Shown here: positions 8,887 through 18,841 of the stretch, one piece after another | Numbering within the stretch: position 1 is the stretch's first letter | Layout: each line of letters begins with the position of its first letter | Assembly (NCBI GenBank): GCA_963781585.1 | Contig: CAWAGQ010000008.1 | Location: forward strand, 320,001 to 384,000 | Origin: an uncultured Gemmatimonadaceae bacterium | GTDB taxonomy: Bacteria; Gemmatimonadota; Gemmatimonadetes; Gemmatimonadales; Gemmatimonadaceae | Length of the DNA: 64,000 nucleotides | Reading direction: 5' to 3' | The notes under the pieces: generated by a model | What the model was told of the DNA's origin: nothing | Seen by the model: the letters and a program-made list of their open reading frames with translations, nothing else | Database searches by the model: none | Program-made: the position numbers and the translations under genes

Positions 8887-10284
8887 CTACGGCACGAGAA
8901 GGCGACGGGCTACGCTCTCGAAATCCGCTTCGGACGACATAGTCATACGCCACCGACCGAAGCCGGTCTGATCAACGAAGACGATCTGGAGACGGTACTG
9001 TCGATAATCCCAGATCAGCGTGCTCCCACGCTGACCAGCGGTGCTTGCGCTCGGCTCATAGGTCTGGTCCGGGTTGCCTAACGCCACGTACGCGCGCCCA
9101 CGATCCGTTAGCCAGCCTGCGCCACCCTCCTCTCGGAAACGCGAGTTGGCCTGCGCGATGCGAGCGAAGTAGTCACGCAAGCCTTCATGTTGCGGCGTCT
9201 GGGGAAAGGGGTCGGTGTCCCTCAGGAAGGCAGCCCACAGAGCCGCCCTTGTTTCGGCGGTTGCGTCGCGAAGGGCCTGGAGCCGTGCCGGTGTCGCATA
9301 GTATCTCAGGTAGTTCAGCATCTCCGAAAACGTGGCGACGGGAAGATCTTCCCCGAATCCTACGAAAAGCGGCGTGCGCACAGTGTCCCGGCCTCCCGCA
9401 CGACTCACTCCCACCGTCATCACGCCGACGCCGATCTTGGCAACCGGAACTGCGAAAGTACCACTGAAGAGGTCGGTTCGGCGCGGAAGGTCAATCGAAT
9501 CGGCCCAAAGCAGTGCGTTTCCCTCATCGCTCCGCACCGTGACGCGAAGCGGAAATGTCTGACTCTGGTCGTACCCCTCGACGTAGATCGGGAGGATCGA
9601 GTCTCGTCCGAAAACCGCGGTGGCGCGTGGTGTTGCCAGAATGTTTGGGATCGTGTCGCGCCGGCCGCGGGCGCCGGCTTCGTAGAAGGGGACGGGAGAG
9701 GAAACGGAACCGTCTGCGAACCGAGGCACGCCGACTGTTGCTTCGACCGCACTGCCGTGCGTGACCCCTTCGTCCCTCACGGTCAGACGCATCTCATACG
9801 TTCCGGGCTCGAGGCTCAAGAACTGCCGAAACAGGACGCTTTCATCGGTCCTTGTGGTCTCGCGAAAGACGAGGACTCGGACAGTCTCCTGACCCTTGAG
9901 GTCCCGAACGAGTTGCGTGCCCCGCCGGACCTCCAGTTCGACCGTGTAGCCAGCGCGAAACCGGTCTCCCTCGCGACCGAAATGCAGTACCCTATTGGCT
10001 AGCGCTACAGTGAGTACGACGAGAGTAGAGTCGCTTGCGCCGGCGAAGAAAGAGAGGGTCCCGACAAATGGTGTTTCTCCCTCCTCCGCCAGAAGGCCCA
10101 TCTTGCGGTACAGGGCTACTTCGTCGCTTTGCGTGGAGCTACGACGGGGAGGGGTGGTGCCAGTAGCCGTTTCGGGGCTCGGGGGCCCTGGTGGACTCCG
10201 ACGCGGCCCTGAGGCGCACGCTCCGGGGATGAGACCGAGGGCCAGCATCGCCCCTTGAAGAAGCCTCTGTCGCCAGCGTCGCAT
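8887..10284 (-). CDS. GWxTD domain-containing lipoprotein
   Basis: GWLTDRGRAYVALGNPD motif; lipobox-like GAC at the N-terminus. Confidence 0.88.
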   Translation of the reverse strand: MRRWRQRLLQGAMLALGLIPGACASGPRRSPPGPPSPETATGTTPPRRSSTQSDEVALYRKMGLLAEEGETPFVGTLSFFAGASDSTLVVLTVALANRVLHFGREGDRFRAGYTVELEVRRGTQLVRDLKGQETVRVLVFRETTRTDESVLFRQFLSLEPGTYEMRLTVRDEGVTHGSAVEATVGVPRFADGSVSSPVPFYEAGARGRRDTIPNILATPRATAVFGRDSILPIYVEGYDQSQTFPLRVTVRSDEGNALLWADSIDLPRRTDLFSGTFAVPVAKIGVGVMTVGVSRAGGRDTVRTPLFVGFGEDLPVATFSEMLNYLRYYATPARLQALRDATAETRAALWAAFLRDTDPFPQTPQHEGLRDYFARIAQANSRFREEGGAGWLTDRGRAYVALGNPDQTYEPSASTAGQRGSTLIWDYRQYRLQIVFVDQTGFGRWRMTMSSEADFESVARRLLVP

Positions 10285-10386
10285 TCCGCCTCCGAGGGCC
10301 GCACTGGACGGCCATCTTCAGGTTTGGGAAACCAACCATACCAGGCTTGCTTGCCGCGGTTCCACTGTGGCATTAGGTTCGCGGCC

Positions 10387-11319
10387 GTGCCTAAGGAAAA
10401 CCTGATCGGTCAGACCGTCGCTGGCTACTCCATTCTGGAACTGGTTGGCGAGGGTGGGACCTCGGTCGTCTATCGAGCGCACCATCCCCAGCACGGGACG
10501 GTGGCCTTCAAGGTCCTGCGCGACAAGCTCCGGCAGGACAAAACCGCTCTGGCGCGGTTTACGCGCGAGGCCAATTTCGGAAAGCGGGTGGAGCATCCCA
10601 ATGTGATTAGGACCATAGAAACGGGAGAGGCGGAGTCGCTTCCGTATCTCGTTATCGAATGGGCTCCTGGAGATCTTCTCGAGCAATACGCAAAGCGCAA
10701 GGCGCCACTTCCGCGCGAAGAGGTCGCGTCAATCATTCTACAGATTGCCGACGCGGTGGGAGCGGCGCACCTGTCCGGCATCGTGCATCGCGATCTGAAG
10801 CCCGACAACGCGATGTACGACCCCGAAAGCGGTCGCGTCAAACTGCTCGATTTCGGCATCGCCGCCGCAACCGACACATCACAGGATGAGCGGCTAACCC
10901 GCGCGGGGTATTTCGTGGGCACACTGATGTACGTCGCCCCTGAAGCATTGTCGGGCGCCTTAGTGACACCGGCAGCGGATCAATACAGCCTGGCGACGAT
11001 CGCATATCTCCTCCTCACCGGGAATCTGCCGTATCTGGCGAAGTCGCCTCGCGAGATGTTCACGCAACTCCTCTCGCAGCCCCCGGTCTCGCTCAACAAA
11101 GCGCGCCCCAATCTCGACTTTGGCCCCCGCGTGGAGGCAGTTGTCATGCGGGGACTCTCCCGTGAACCTGCGGAGCGCTATCCTGACGTGCTGGTGTTTG
11201 CCCGTGAGCTGCACGGCGTGCTGACGGCCGGTCCGACCGGAAATGCCGGCCCCCACGATTCGAGCCCCGCACAGGACGAAGGACTCTTCTCGCGCGTGAA
11301 GGGACTTTTCCGTCGATAG
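10387..11319 (+). CDS. Hanks-type Ser/Thr protein kinase (soluble, kinase domain only)
   Basis: GEGGTSVVY, VAFK, HRDLKPDN, DFG, APE; GTG 10387 chosen as start. Confidence 0.92.
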   Translation: MPKENLIGQTVAGYSILELVGEGGTSVVYRAHHPQHGTVAFKVLRDKLRQDKTALARFTREANFGKRVEHPNVIRTIETGEAESLPYLVIEWAPGDLLEQYAKRKAPLPREEVASIILQIADAVGAAHLSGIVHRDLKPDNAMYDPESGRVKLLDFGIAAATDTSQDERLTRAGYFVGTLMYVAPEALSGALVTPAADQYSLATIAYLLLTGNLPYLAKSPREMFTQLLSQPPVSLNKARPNLDFGPRVEAVVMRGLSREPAERYPDVLVFARELHGVLTAGPTGNAGPHDSSPAQDEGLFSRVKGLFRR

Positions 11320-11411
11320 GGTTCTCCCACGGCTCAGTCCTAGAAACGCCAGCGGAGATGTCCCCCGGGCCAGCGAACCCGTTTGCAGCCTACTCCCCTT
11401 ACCGCCGCGCG

Positions 11412-11957
11412 ATGACCGACCGCGATAGCCTAGTTCGCCTTCTTGCTCAACGCTCGATCCGTCGCGGCGAGTTCACACTGGCCTCGGGACGCACTTCCTC
11501 ATACTACGTGGACGCCCGCCTAACGACTATGGCGCCGGAGGGAATGTCGCTCCTTGGGCCACTCGGCTTGCGGGCCATCCGCGAGCACGGGTGGCGCGCC
11601 GATGCGGTGGGTGGCCTGACGCTCGCTGCCGATCCCATCGCATTCGCGATCGCGTTTGCCAGCAGCCAGCGGCCTCCGCCGGTGCGGGCCTTCACGGTTC
11701 GGAAGGAACCGAAGCAGCACGGGACCGGGCGCCTTGTGGAGGGTCCCCTTGTTCCTGGTGACCAGGTCGTCATCGTCGAAGACGTCATTACAACCGGTGC
11801 CTCAGCGCTCAGGGCGGCAACCGGTGCGGCAGCTGCCGGTGCGGCAGTCCAGGGAGTTCTCGCCCTGGTCGATCGCGAAGAGGGTGGACAAGCAGCAATC
11901 GCAGCAGCCGGCTATGATGTGATCACTTTGGTCACAATCTCCGAACTGTTGCGATAG
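11412..11957 (+). CDS. pyrE: Orotate phosphoribosyltransferase
   Basis: FTLASGRTSSYYVD, RKEPKQHG, VEDVITTGAS PRPP motif. Confidence 0.95.
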   Translation: MTDRDSLVRLLAQRSIRRGEFTLASGRTSSYYVDARLTTMAPEGMSLLGPLGLRAIREHGWRADAVGGLTLAADPIAFAIAFASSQRPPPVRAFTVRKEPKQHGTGRLVEGPLVPGDQVVIVEDVITTGASALRAATGAAAAGAAVQGVLALVDREEGGQAAIAAAGYDVITLVTISELLR

Positions 11958-12004
11958 GTGCGTGTAGTCGCGGCGCCACCGGGCGCGACGATGCATCCGG
12001 CAGA

Positions 12005-12868
12005 TCAGGAGCCGGCACCGAGCGGATCAAAGTTGCGCAGGACGGGGAGAAACGGCAGCACCAGTTCATCCCGGAAGTGCTGCAGCATGCCTTCGCCGTC
12101 GTACCGATCCCGAAACTCTGTGGCCGTCAATTTCATGAGCGCGCGGACATGGCGGCCAAACGCTTGCGGAGAAGAGTAGTCGAGTTCATTTGCCACCAAG
12201 GCTATCGAGAGCCCGGGGTTCTCGAACATGCGGGCTGCACACACCAGTCGCGCCACCGCGAGGTACTGTTTGGGGGCCGGGAGTCGTGCACGGAAGAACC
12301 GACTCATGAACGTAGACGGCACTACGCCGAGCCGGTGTGCCAGAATTCGCACGGTACGCACCTGAGGTGCCGACGCGAACAATTCCTCGAAGAAGCGTCG
12401 ACATCCGTCCGGGGCAAGGCTTAGATCCGCGTCGATCCCGGCAAGAGCAATGCGGTACATCTCCGATGCGTGGTCATGCAGCAGCATGGTGCGGAGTCGC
12501 TGCCAACCCACCGGCTCGCGCACGTCAACGAGGGTCCGGACGCCACATCGTCCCAGCACCAGCACGGTCTGCGCAGCTTGCGGCGACAGATTGGACAGGA
12601 GGGCGACTGCCGGGACCCGCGGGAACTCACGGACCATGCGCGCGACCTTCGGCGCCTCATCGGCCGGACACCGCGCGGTGGAGACAATCATGGCAGCAGC
12701 CCGGCGATCGCGCAGATCGCGGAAGGCGTCTTCCAGCGTCTCGCGGTGCCAAGCCCGATAGATTCCATGCCCAGCCGCATCGACACGCATGCGCTCGTCG
12801 GGTGTAAGAACTGTCGTTACGCCGGGAACCAGAGGGATCTCAGCGATGGGGCCGGGGAGCATGGACAA
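12005..12868 (-). CDS. AraC-family HTH regulator with receiver-like N-terminal region
   Basis: C-terminal SIALVANELDYSSPQAFGRHVR AraC signature. Confidence 0.75.
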   Translation of the reverse strand: MSMLPGPIAEIPLVPGVTTVLTPDERMRVDAAGHGIYRAWHRETLEDAFRDLRDRRAAAMIVSTARCPADEAPKVARMVREFPRVPAVALLSNLSPQAAQTVLVLGRCGVRTLVDVREPVGWQRLRTMLLHDHASEMYRIALAGIDADLSLAPDGCRRFFEELFASAPQVRTVRILAHRLGVVPSTFMSRFFRARLPAPKQYLAVARLVCAARMFENPGLSIALVANELDYSSPQAFGRHVRALMKLTATEFRDRYDGEGMLQHFRDELVLPFLPVLRNFDPLGAGS

Positions 12869-13139
12869 CCTCCTCGTTAGGCATCACAGCGTCCGGAAGG
12901 GGGCGGCGCCGTGGTCCTGCGATGATGGCGGGGCTCCGTCACACCGCCGTCACCCAAGCACGTCCGGCCGCAGATTGGCCCACGGGAGGGAACATAGGTA
13001 ACCCCTTCTGCTGCTCGACTGGTGGACCCATGATGCGTCCACCCAACGTCCCCCGGGAGGACGGGGGGAACACCGCATTCAGCGGCAGGTGGGCTCTGCC
13101 ACTCCGCAGTGGCATCCGAGCTGCCCTATATTTCCTGCG

Positions 13140-13525
13140 GTGCGGCGGCTGCGCAGTCGCGGTTGATTCACAACCCGTGAATCAACGAGGAAAGTCCGGG
13201 CTCCATGGGCAACGCGCCAGGTAATACCTGGGCACGGTCGTACGACCGTGACGGAGAGTGCCACAGAAAACAAACCGCCCCGGGGGGCATCAACAACCGG
13301 GGTAAGGGTGAAAAGGCGGGGTAAGAGCCCACCGCGTCAGTGGTAACACTTGGCGGCACGGAAAACCCCGCGGGAGCAAGGCCAAATAGGCGGCGAGGAG
13401 AGGCCCACTCCGAAGAAGACGCCGCGGGTAGGCTGCTAGAGGATGAGGGTGACCCCATTCCTAGAGGAATGACTGCACCGGCAGAAGCCTGCCGGAACAG
13501 AACCCGGCTTACAGGCCGCATGCAC
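13140..13525 (+). ncRNA. rnpB: RNase P RNA (bacterial type A)
   Basis: Conserved GAGGAAAGTCCGGGCTCC, AGTGCCACAGAAAA, GGGTGAAA, GGTAAGAGC, GAGCAAGGCCAAATAG and ACAGAACCCGGCTTA; P1 pairing of the ends; -10 TATATT at 13127-13132. Confidence 0.97.
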
Positions 13526-13526
13526 T

Positions 13527-13561
13527 GAGCCCCTGGCTCTCCACACGAGAACCAGGGGCTC
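13527..13561. terminator. Hairpin between convergent rnpB and dnaN
   Basis: GAGCCCCTGG(C)TCTC...GAGA(A)CCAGGGGCTC stem; weak U tract. Confidence 0.55.
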
Positions 13562-13589
13562 TCTCCCATCCACTCTCGGGCCAACCCAT

Positions 13590-14702
13590 TCAGTCCACAA
13601 GTCGCAGCGGCATGACAAGACAAAGGTAGCTTCCCGGCCCGCCCCAGTCATGCGGCGTAATCGTCGCCGCTCGCTCCGCCGTCTTGAAAGTAAAGTCCAC
13701 TTCATCGGTCGGCATGTACCTGAGGATCTCCAGCAGGTAGCTGCTGTTGAACCCGATATCTAGCGGATCACCAGCATACTGCACCGGAATCTCATCCTGG
13801 CCCTCGCCAACATCAGGCGTCTGCACCGTGAAGCGCAACAAGGCAGTGTTGAACGACAGTTTCACCCGGTGCGTCTGATCCGAGGCCACTACGGCCATTC
13901 GCCGTAGCGCGCCTATGAGCGACACGCGGTCCACGACCGCAACGCGGTCGTTGTCGCGGGGGATAACCTGATCGTAGTTCGGATACGGGCCTTCAATGAG
14001 GCGGGTTGAGACACTCGCGAGGGGACTCCGGAACGCCAAGTGGCTTTCCCCTTGACCGATTTCCACTTCCTCATCGGGCGGGAATACACGCCGTACCTGC
14101 TCCAGCGCCTTCGGTGGGAGGATGAAGTCGCCCGTGGCCTCCATGCCCAGTTCTCCCGGAACATCCGTCATGGCGAGCCGGTGTCCATTCGTCGCCACCA
14201 TTCGGAGCTGCTCCGGTCGGATCTCCCACAACACACCGTTCAGAATGGGCCGACTCTCTTCGGTAGAGACCGCAAACGCCGCTCGCGAAATCAGATCCTG
14301 CAGCACGCTGCCTTTCAGCCGCCACCCAGAATTGAAATGGACCGCGGGGAATGCAGGAAACTCGTCCCTGGGCAACCCTAGCAGCTTGAACCTGGCTCTC
14401 CCACACTCCAGGGTCGCTCGCTGCTCACCCATTGCCGCAATCTTCACCGGGCCAGGGGGAAGCTCACGAGCAATCTCACCGAGCCGCTTCGCTGGCAGGG
14501 TCAGTGCGCCTGCTGCATCGACTTCAGCAGGTACCTCAACCGAAACCAACACATCCAGATCCGTACCAGAAAAGCGTACACTCCGTTCACCCGCCTCCAC
14601 GAGCAGATTCGACAAGACGGGCAACGTGGTTTTGCTGGGAACGGCCGCTGCAACACTCGTGAGTGCCTCCTGGAGCTTCTCCCGCGCTATCGTGAAGCGC
14701 AT
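13590..14702 (-). CDS. dnaN: DNA polymerase III beta sliding clamp
   Basis: MRFTIAREKL, TDLD, SRPILNGV, ATNGHRLA, IEGPYPNY, CLVMPLRL. Confidence 0.97.
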   Translation of the reverse strand: MRFTIAREKLQEALTSVAAAVPSKTTLPVLSNLLVEAGERSVRFSGTDLDVLVSVEVPAEVDAAGALTLPAKRLGEIARELPPGPVKIAAMGEQRATLECGRARFKLLGLPRDEFPAFPAVHFNSGWRLKGSVLQDLISRAAFAVSTEESRPILNGVLWEIRPEQLRMVATNGHRLAMTDVPGELGMEATGDFILPPKALEQVRRVFPPDEEVEIGQGESHLAFRSPLASVSTRLIEGPYPNYDQVIPRDNDRVAVVDRVSLIGALRRMAVVASDQTHRVKLSFNTALLRFTVQTPDVGEGQDEIPVQYAGDPLDIGFNSSYLLEILRYMPTDEVDFTFKTAERAATITPHDWGGPGSYLCLVMPLRLVD

Positions 14703-14900
14703 GTCGGGACCTCGAGTGGAGAATTGATCTTCTGCATCTGTTATGAAAGAGAATACAGTAGTAACAGAGGTGTGGAGATGTTGGGGAATTTGGGGATCAT
14801 GAGCGAACCTGGGGGAGCTCCAGGAGAGCGGTATTGAGGCGATTCGCAAAGCTCGGGTCGCTCTTTCGTAACTGACGGGCGCGGTCGAGACTGTGGATAA
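14703..14900. other. Probable oriC unwinding region between dnaA and dnaN
   Basis: AT-rich spacer; trio-like CAG TAG TAA CAG (14756-14767); degenerate DnaA boxes TGTGGAGAT (14771-14779) and TGGGGATCA (14791-14799); perfect TGTGGATAA (14892-14900) in the dnaA 3' end. Confidence 0.7.
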
Positions 14901-16203
14901 CAGTGGAGTGGTCGCGACCGCCGAAGGCGAGTCCGATCTCGGTAAGGTGCGCATTCAACAATTCGCGGGCGAGCAACATGGCTGCTTGACGTGGAATGGT
15001 TACCTGACGCGTCCGGCTCTTGGATGCGAGAGCGGTGCTCGTAACACCCCATGCATGCGCAACGGCAGCTTGGATCGCGATAATGGAAAGTCGAGCATGG
15101 TGTGGGGTGGTATCGAGAGCTACGCTCCCCGCGGGATCCGGCAAACGGTCGCGGAGTGCCTCAAGTGCCAGATCGATGCTGACGGGTTGCTGCCGTAGCG
15201 ACGCATAGGCGAGGAGCTTGATAATGCATCCTTCGAGCTCCCGAACGCTCGACCGTATGTGCTCGGCGATCAGCTGAAGAACTTCTTCAGGGATGGCGTG
15301 CTGCAGGTGGTCTACCAGAGCCTTCTTCTGCAAGATGGCGATCCGGTGCTCAAAATCGGGCAGTTCGATGTCCGCGACCATTCCCCACTGAAAGCGCGTC
15401 ACGAGTCGGGTTTCCATTCCAGCAATATCTGCCGGGGGGCGATCGCTCGTGAGCACAATCTGACGCCCAGCCTCGTATAGGGCGTTGAAAGTATGGAAGA
15501 ACTCTTCCTGAGTTGCTTCCTTTCCCTTCAGGAAATGGACGTCGTCGATGAGGAGGAGGTCGAGTTCACGATAGCGGCGACGGAAATCGTGTGTGGTGCG
15601 GCCCTGAATAGACGCGACGTACTCGTTGGTAAACTGCTCGGCGCCCACGAAAACAGCCCTCGTTGCAGGCAGACGCCCAAGAATGGCGTGTGCGACGGCC
15701 TGCATGAGGTGGGTCTTGCCGATGCCTGAGACTCCGTAGATGAAGAGCGGGTTGTACAGGCGCCCAGGCGATTCCGCTACAGCGAGCGCTGCGGCGCCAG
15801 CCAACTCGTTGGACTTGCCGATTACGAAGTTCTCAAAGGTGTATTGCGACCGTAACGCAGGACGCACGGCAGCGGGACCGGTTCTGGGATTCGTCTCGGA
15901 TTTGGCAGGGGTCAATGGGACAAAGAGATCCATCTGTAACCGTTTCTGCGAGTGGGCGTCGACGATGAACTCCACCGCACACGGCTCCCCGAGGGCGACC
16001 GGCGCAAGACTCGAGAGTAAAGAAGCATGTTTGGATTCGTTCCAAGATGCTGCGAATTGATCTGGCGAAGCGACGATCAGGGTGCTGCCGCGCACCTCAA
16101 CGGGCCGAGTCGGCTCGAGCCAAGTACGAAAGGCCTGCTCCGGTACCTCACGCCGCGCGCATTCAAGGAGACGCTGCCAAACTTCGTCGAGCGCGAGGTC
16201 CAT
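14797..16203 (-). CDS. dnaA: Chromosomal replication initiator DnaA
   Basis: YTFENFVIGKSN, YNPLFIYGVSGIGKTHL, LLLIDD, QEEFFHTFN, FGGRDHSTVIH; start at 16203 with SD AGGAG. Confidence 0.98.
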   Translation of the reverse strand: MDLALDEVWQRLLECARREVPEQAFRTWLEPTRPVEVRGSTLIVASPDQFAASWNESKHASLLSSLAPVALGEPCAVEFIVDAHSQKRLQMDLFVPLTPAKSETNPRTGPAAVRPALRSQYTFENFVIGKSNELAGAAALAVAESPGRLYNPLFIYGVSGIGKTHLMQAVAHAILGRLPATRAVFVGAEQFTNEYVASIQGRTTHDFRRRYRELDLLLIDDVHFLKGKEATQEEFFHTFNALYEAGRQIVLTSDRPPADIAGMETRLVTRFQWGMVADIELPDFEHRIAILQKKALVDHLQHAIPEEVLQLIAEHIRSSVRELEGCIIKLLAYASLRQQPVSIDLALEALRDRLPDPAGSVALDTTPHHARLSIIAIQAAVAHAWGVTSTALASKSRTRQVTIPRQAAMLLARELLNAHLTEIGLAFGGRDHSTVIHSLDRARQLRKSDPSFANRLNTALLELPQVRS

Positions 16204-16209
16204 TGCTCC

Positions 16210-16255
16210 TGTGGAAACTTGAGGGGCGCCGAAGGTATCGGCACTCTGTTGAAAA
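16210..16255. promoter_or_regulatory. DnaA-box-like sites upstream of dnaA
   Basis: TGTGGAAAC (16210-16218) and TGTTGAAAA (16247-16255), each 8/9 to TGTGNAWAA. Confidence 0.5.
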
Positions 16256-16288
16256 GTCAAACGTGCATCACCGATCGGCCCTAAGATG

Positions 16289-16317
16289 TTGACACGATTC
16301 ATGTAAGCGGGTACGTT
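16289..16317 (+). promoter_or_regulatory. Sigma-70 promoter of the rpmH operon
   Basis: TTGACA-17 nt-TACGTT. Confidence 0.65.
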
Positions 16318-16364
16318 TACGTCCCTCAGTTTCGTGATCTTCTCTGCGGCAGTTTGGAAGCATT

Positions 16365-16529
16365 ATGGGAAAGCCTACATATCGGCCTCGCAACAAGAGG
16401 CGCATTCGCAAACACGGTTTTCGAACGCGAATGTCCACTCGTTGGGGACGCGAGGTCCTGAGCCGCCGCAGGAAGAAGGGTCGCAAGCGGCTGACCGTGA
16501 AGCTCCCATCCAAGTACGCCAGCGTCTAA
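16365..16529 (+). CDS. rpmH: 50S ribosomal protein L34 (not in the ORF track)
   Basis: Translated by hand: [54 protein letters not shown]. Confidence 0.97.
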   Translation: MGKPTYRPRNKRRIRKHGFRTRMSTRWGREVLSRRRKKGRKRLTVKLPSKYASV

Positions 16530-16875
16530 GAGGCCCTTCGGATTCCCGCGAGCATATCGGCTTCGCGGCAGCGCCGAACTCCGACGGGTCCTAGTCGAGG
16601 GGAAGCTGCTCCGGACGAAGGTTCTTTCGCTCCGGGTGTGCGCTTCCCCTTTTTTGCATGGGCGGGTCGGCCTCGTCGTTCCGCGATTCAGTCATTCGGC
16701 GGTAGAGCGCAACCGAATGAAGCGAAGACTCCGCGAGGCCGTGCGCCTGGAGCTGTTGCCAGAGGTCGGGGCGCTGGACTTGTCTATTCGCCCCTCGCCG
16801 GCGGCGTACCGACTGTCATTCAACGAGTTGCGCGCGGAAGTGGTCGGTGTTCGCAACATGCTCAAAAGTTGGTGA
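16501..16875 (+). CDS. rnpA: RNase P protein component; start unresolved (coordinates give the whole open frame)
   Basis: FPRAYRL N-terminal motif, RVGLVV, RNR motif [13 protein letters not shown]; lies between rpmH and yidD. Confidence 0.88.
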   Translation, partial: SSHPSTPASKRPFGFPRAYRLRGSAELRRVLVEGKLLRTKVLSLRVCASPFLHGRVGLVVPRFSHSAVERNRMKRRLREAVRLELLPEVGALDLSIRPSPAAYRLSFNELRAEVVGVRNMLKSW

Positions 16876-16888
16876 GCGCTGAGCGGGC

Positions 16889-17098
16889 ATGCGCCGGGTT
16901 CTGATCTGGATCGTACGTAGCTACCAGATGCTTATTGGTCCTCTGCTTCCGGCGAGCTGTCGTTACTATCCGTCGTGCTCGAATTACGCGATCGAAGCGA
17001 TCGGCAAATACGGCGCACTGCGGGGGGTGATGCTTGCCGCGAGGCGGATTGCCCGCTGTCATCCATTTCGTCCCGGGGGCTACGACCCGGTTCCCTAA
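16889..17098 (+). CDS. yidD: Membrane protein insertion efficiency factor
   Basis: [24 protein letters not shown]. Confidence 0.96.
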   Translation: MRRVLIWIVRSYQMLIGPLLPASCRYYPSCSNYAIEAIGKYGALRGVMLAARRIARCHPFRPGGYDPVP

Positions 17099-17118
17099 CA
17101 CCTCAGAGAGTCTGAACA

Positions 17119-18819
17119 ATGGACCGACGCACCATTCTGGCGTTGGTACTAGTTGTCCTCGTTATTCTCCTCACACCGCGCCTCTTCCCAGGACGCCGGC
17201 GACCAGGCGGAATCGCGGGTGATACAGTCGGTGACACGGTCCGCGATACGGTCGCGGGACCGCAGGCTCGCAAGACGCCGGCGCAGTCGGAGCGGTCCGC
17301 TCGCGATACACAGATCGCAACTCCGGTAGCGACCGTGACGCCGTCCGAGAGGGGGAGCGAACCTGTGAGTGAGCGAGTCGATACGATCGTCGTGGCGGGA
17401 GGCGCGGCGGCGTATCGGTTTACCTCACTTGGCGGCACATTGCTGGATGTGAGGCTTGGCTCGTTCAAATCACTCGGGCCCAGCGATGGTCCTCTATTCC
17501 TGCGATCGCCGGAATCTCCGCTCCTCAGATTCCGTGTCATTGCGGCGCAAGACACCGTGCGATTTGACCAGAGCAGCTTCACGTATGTTGCCCCAGACAG
17601 CGGATCCAAATCCCGAGATGTCGCGTTTGTGGGTGCGGTTGGCGGCGACAGCCTTGCACTGCACTATGCCGTAGTACCGGACAGCTTTCTTGTCCATGTG
17701 ATCGGTCGCTTGTCGGCGCGGCTCGCCAATGCAGCCTCAGGCCTGGTGGTGGTCGATCTGCCGGCGACGCTGGAGTCGTTTGAAGCAGACTCGGTGGATG
17801 ACCAACGGCACCTTGCCTTTGCATTCAAGCCGAGTCAGCGCGATGCGGAGGGCATTCCGTTTGGGAAACTGGATCCGGGGGAACGGCGAATCGGAGCCGG
17901 TCCTCTGGACTGGATCGCGTTGAAGGACAAGTACTTCATCATCGGCTTGCTTACTGCGCGAGGCGACTCCTCGCTGGTGGAGTTTTCGGCAACAGGTATG
18001 GCGAGGGCGACTCGAACCGCATCACACGCCCAGGGGACTGCGGTCCTGCGGACCAGTGACGGTGCCTTCACGTTCGATGTCTACAGCGGGCCGCAGCAAT
18101 GGAAGCGACTACAGTCCTTGGGAAGGGGCTTTGAGGATTCGAACCCGTACGGAGGCTTCCTACGGCCTGTCGTTCAGCCGTTCGCGACAATAGTGCTCCG
18201 AATCCTCCTCTGGATGCACGAGACCCTGCGAATGAGCTACGGATGGGTCTTGGTTGTATTCGGGATTGTGGTTCGACTGGTCCTGTGGCCGTTGAACCAG
18301 AGTGCGATGCGGTCTAGCCTCAAGATGCAGCGCATCCAGCCTGAGCTGAACGAACTACAGAAGCGCTACAAGAGTGATCCGCAGAAGCTGCAGAGTGAGA
18401 TGATGCGCGTGTACCGGGACCACGGGATGAGCCCCTTCAGCATGTTCTCAGGGTGTCTGCCGATGCTTCTGCCGATGCCCGTGCTGTTCGCCCTGTTTTT
18501 CGTCTTCCAGAATACGATCGAGTTCCGAGCGGTGTCGTTCATGTGGCTCCACGACATCTCACAAAAGGATCCGTACTATGTCCTGCCGATCCTCATGGGA
18601 ATCTCGATGTACGTCCTCACCTGGATCGGGAGCCGGAACACCCCGCCCAATCCCCAGACGAAGATGATGGGGTATGTCTTCCCGGTGATGATGACGTTCC
18701 TGCTGGCTAACCTGGCCGCGGGACTCAACCTGTACTACGCCATACAGAACGTAGCTGCCCTTCCCCAACAGTGGTTCATCGCGAGCGAACGGGCGAGGGC
18801 AGCAGCGAAGAAGAAATAG
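17119..18819 (+). CDS. yidC: Membrane protein insertase YidC
   Basis: [39 protein letters not shown]. Confidence 0.96.
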   Translation: MDRRTILALVLVVLVILLTPRLFPGRRRPGGIAGDTVGDTVRDTVAGPQARKTPAQSERSARDTQIATPVATVTPSERGSEPVSERVDTIVVAGGAAAYRFTSLGGTLLDVRLGSFKSLGPSDGPLFLRSPESPLLRFRVIAAQDTVRFDQSSFTYVAPDSGSKSRDVAFVGAVGGDSLALHYAVVPDSFLVHVIGRLSARLANAASGLVVVDLPATLESFEADSVDDQRHLAFAFKPSQRDAEGIPFGKLDPGERRIGAGPLDWIALKDKYFIIGLLTARGDSSLVEFSATGMARATRTASHAQGTAVLRTSDGAFTFDVYSGPQQWKRLQSLGRGFEDSNPYGGFLRPVVQPFATIVLRILLWMHETLRMSYGWVLVVFGIVVRLVLWPLNQSAMRSSLKMQRIQPELNELQKRYKSDPQKLQSEMMRVYRDHGMSPFSMFSGCLPMLLPMPVLFALFFVFQNTIEFRAVSFMWLHDISQKDPYYVLPILMGISMYVLTWIGSRNTPPNPQTKMMGYVFPVMMTFLLANLAAGLNLYYAIQNVAALPQQWFIASERARAAAKKK

Positions 18820-18841
18820 GCTCGATTTGCCGATTGGTCCG

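Noticed and set aside
14703..14954. Extended dnaN start (454 aa)
   Set aside because: Overlaps dnaA and the origin spacer; clamp homology starts at 14702.
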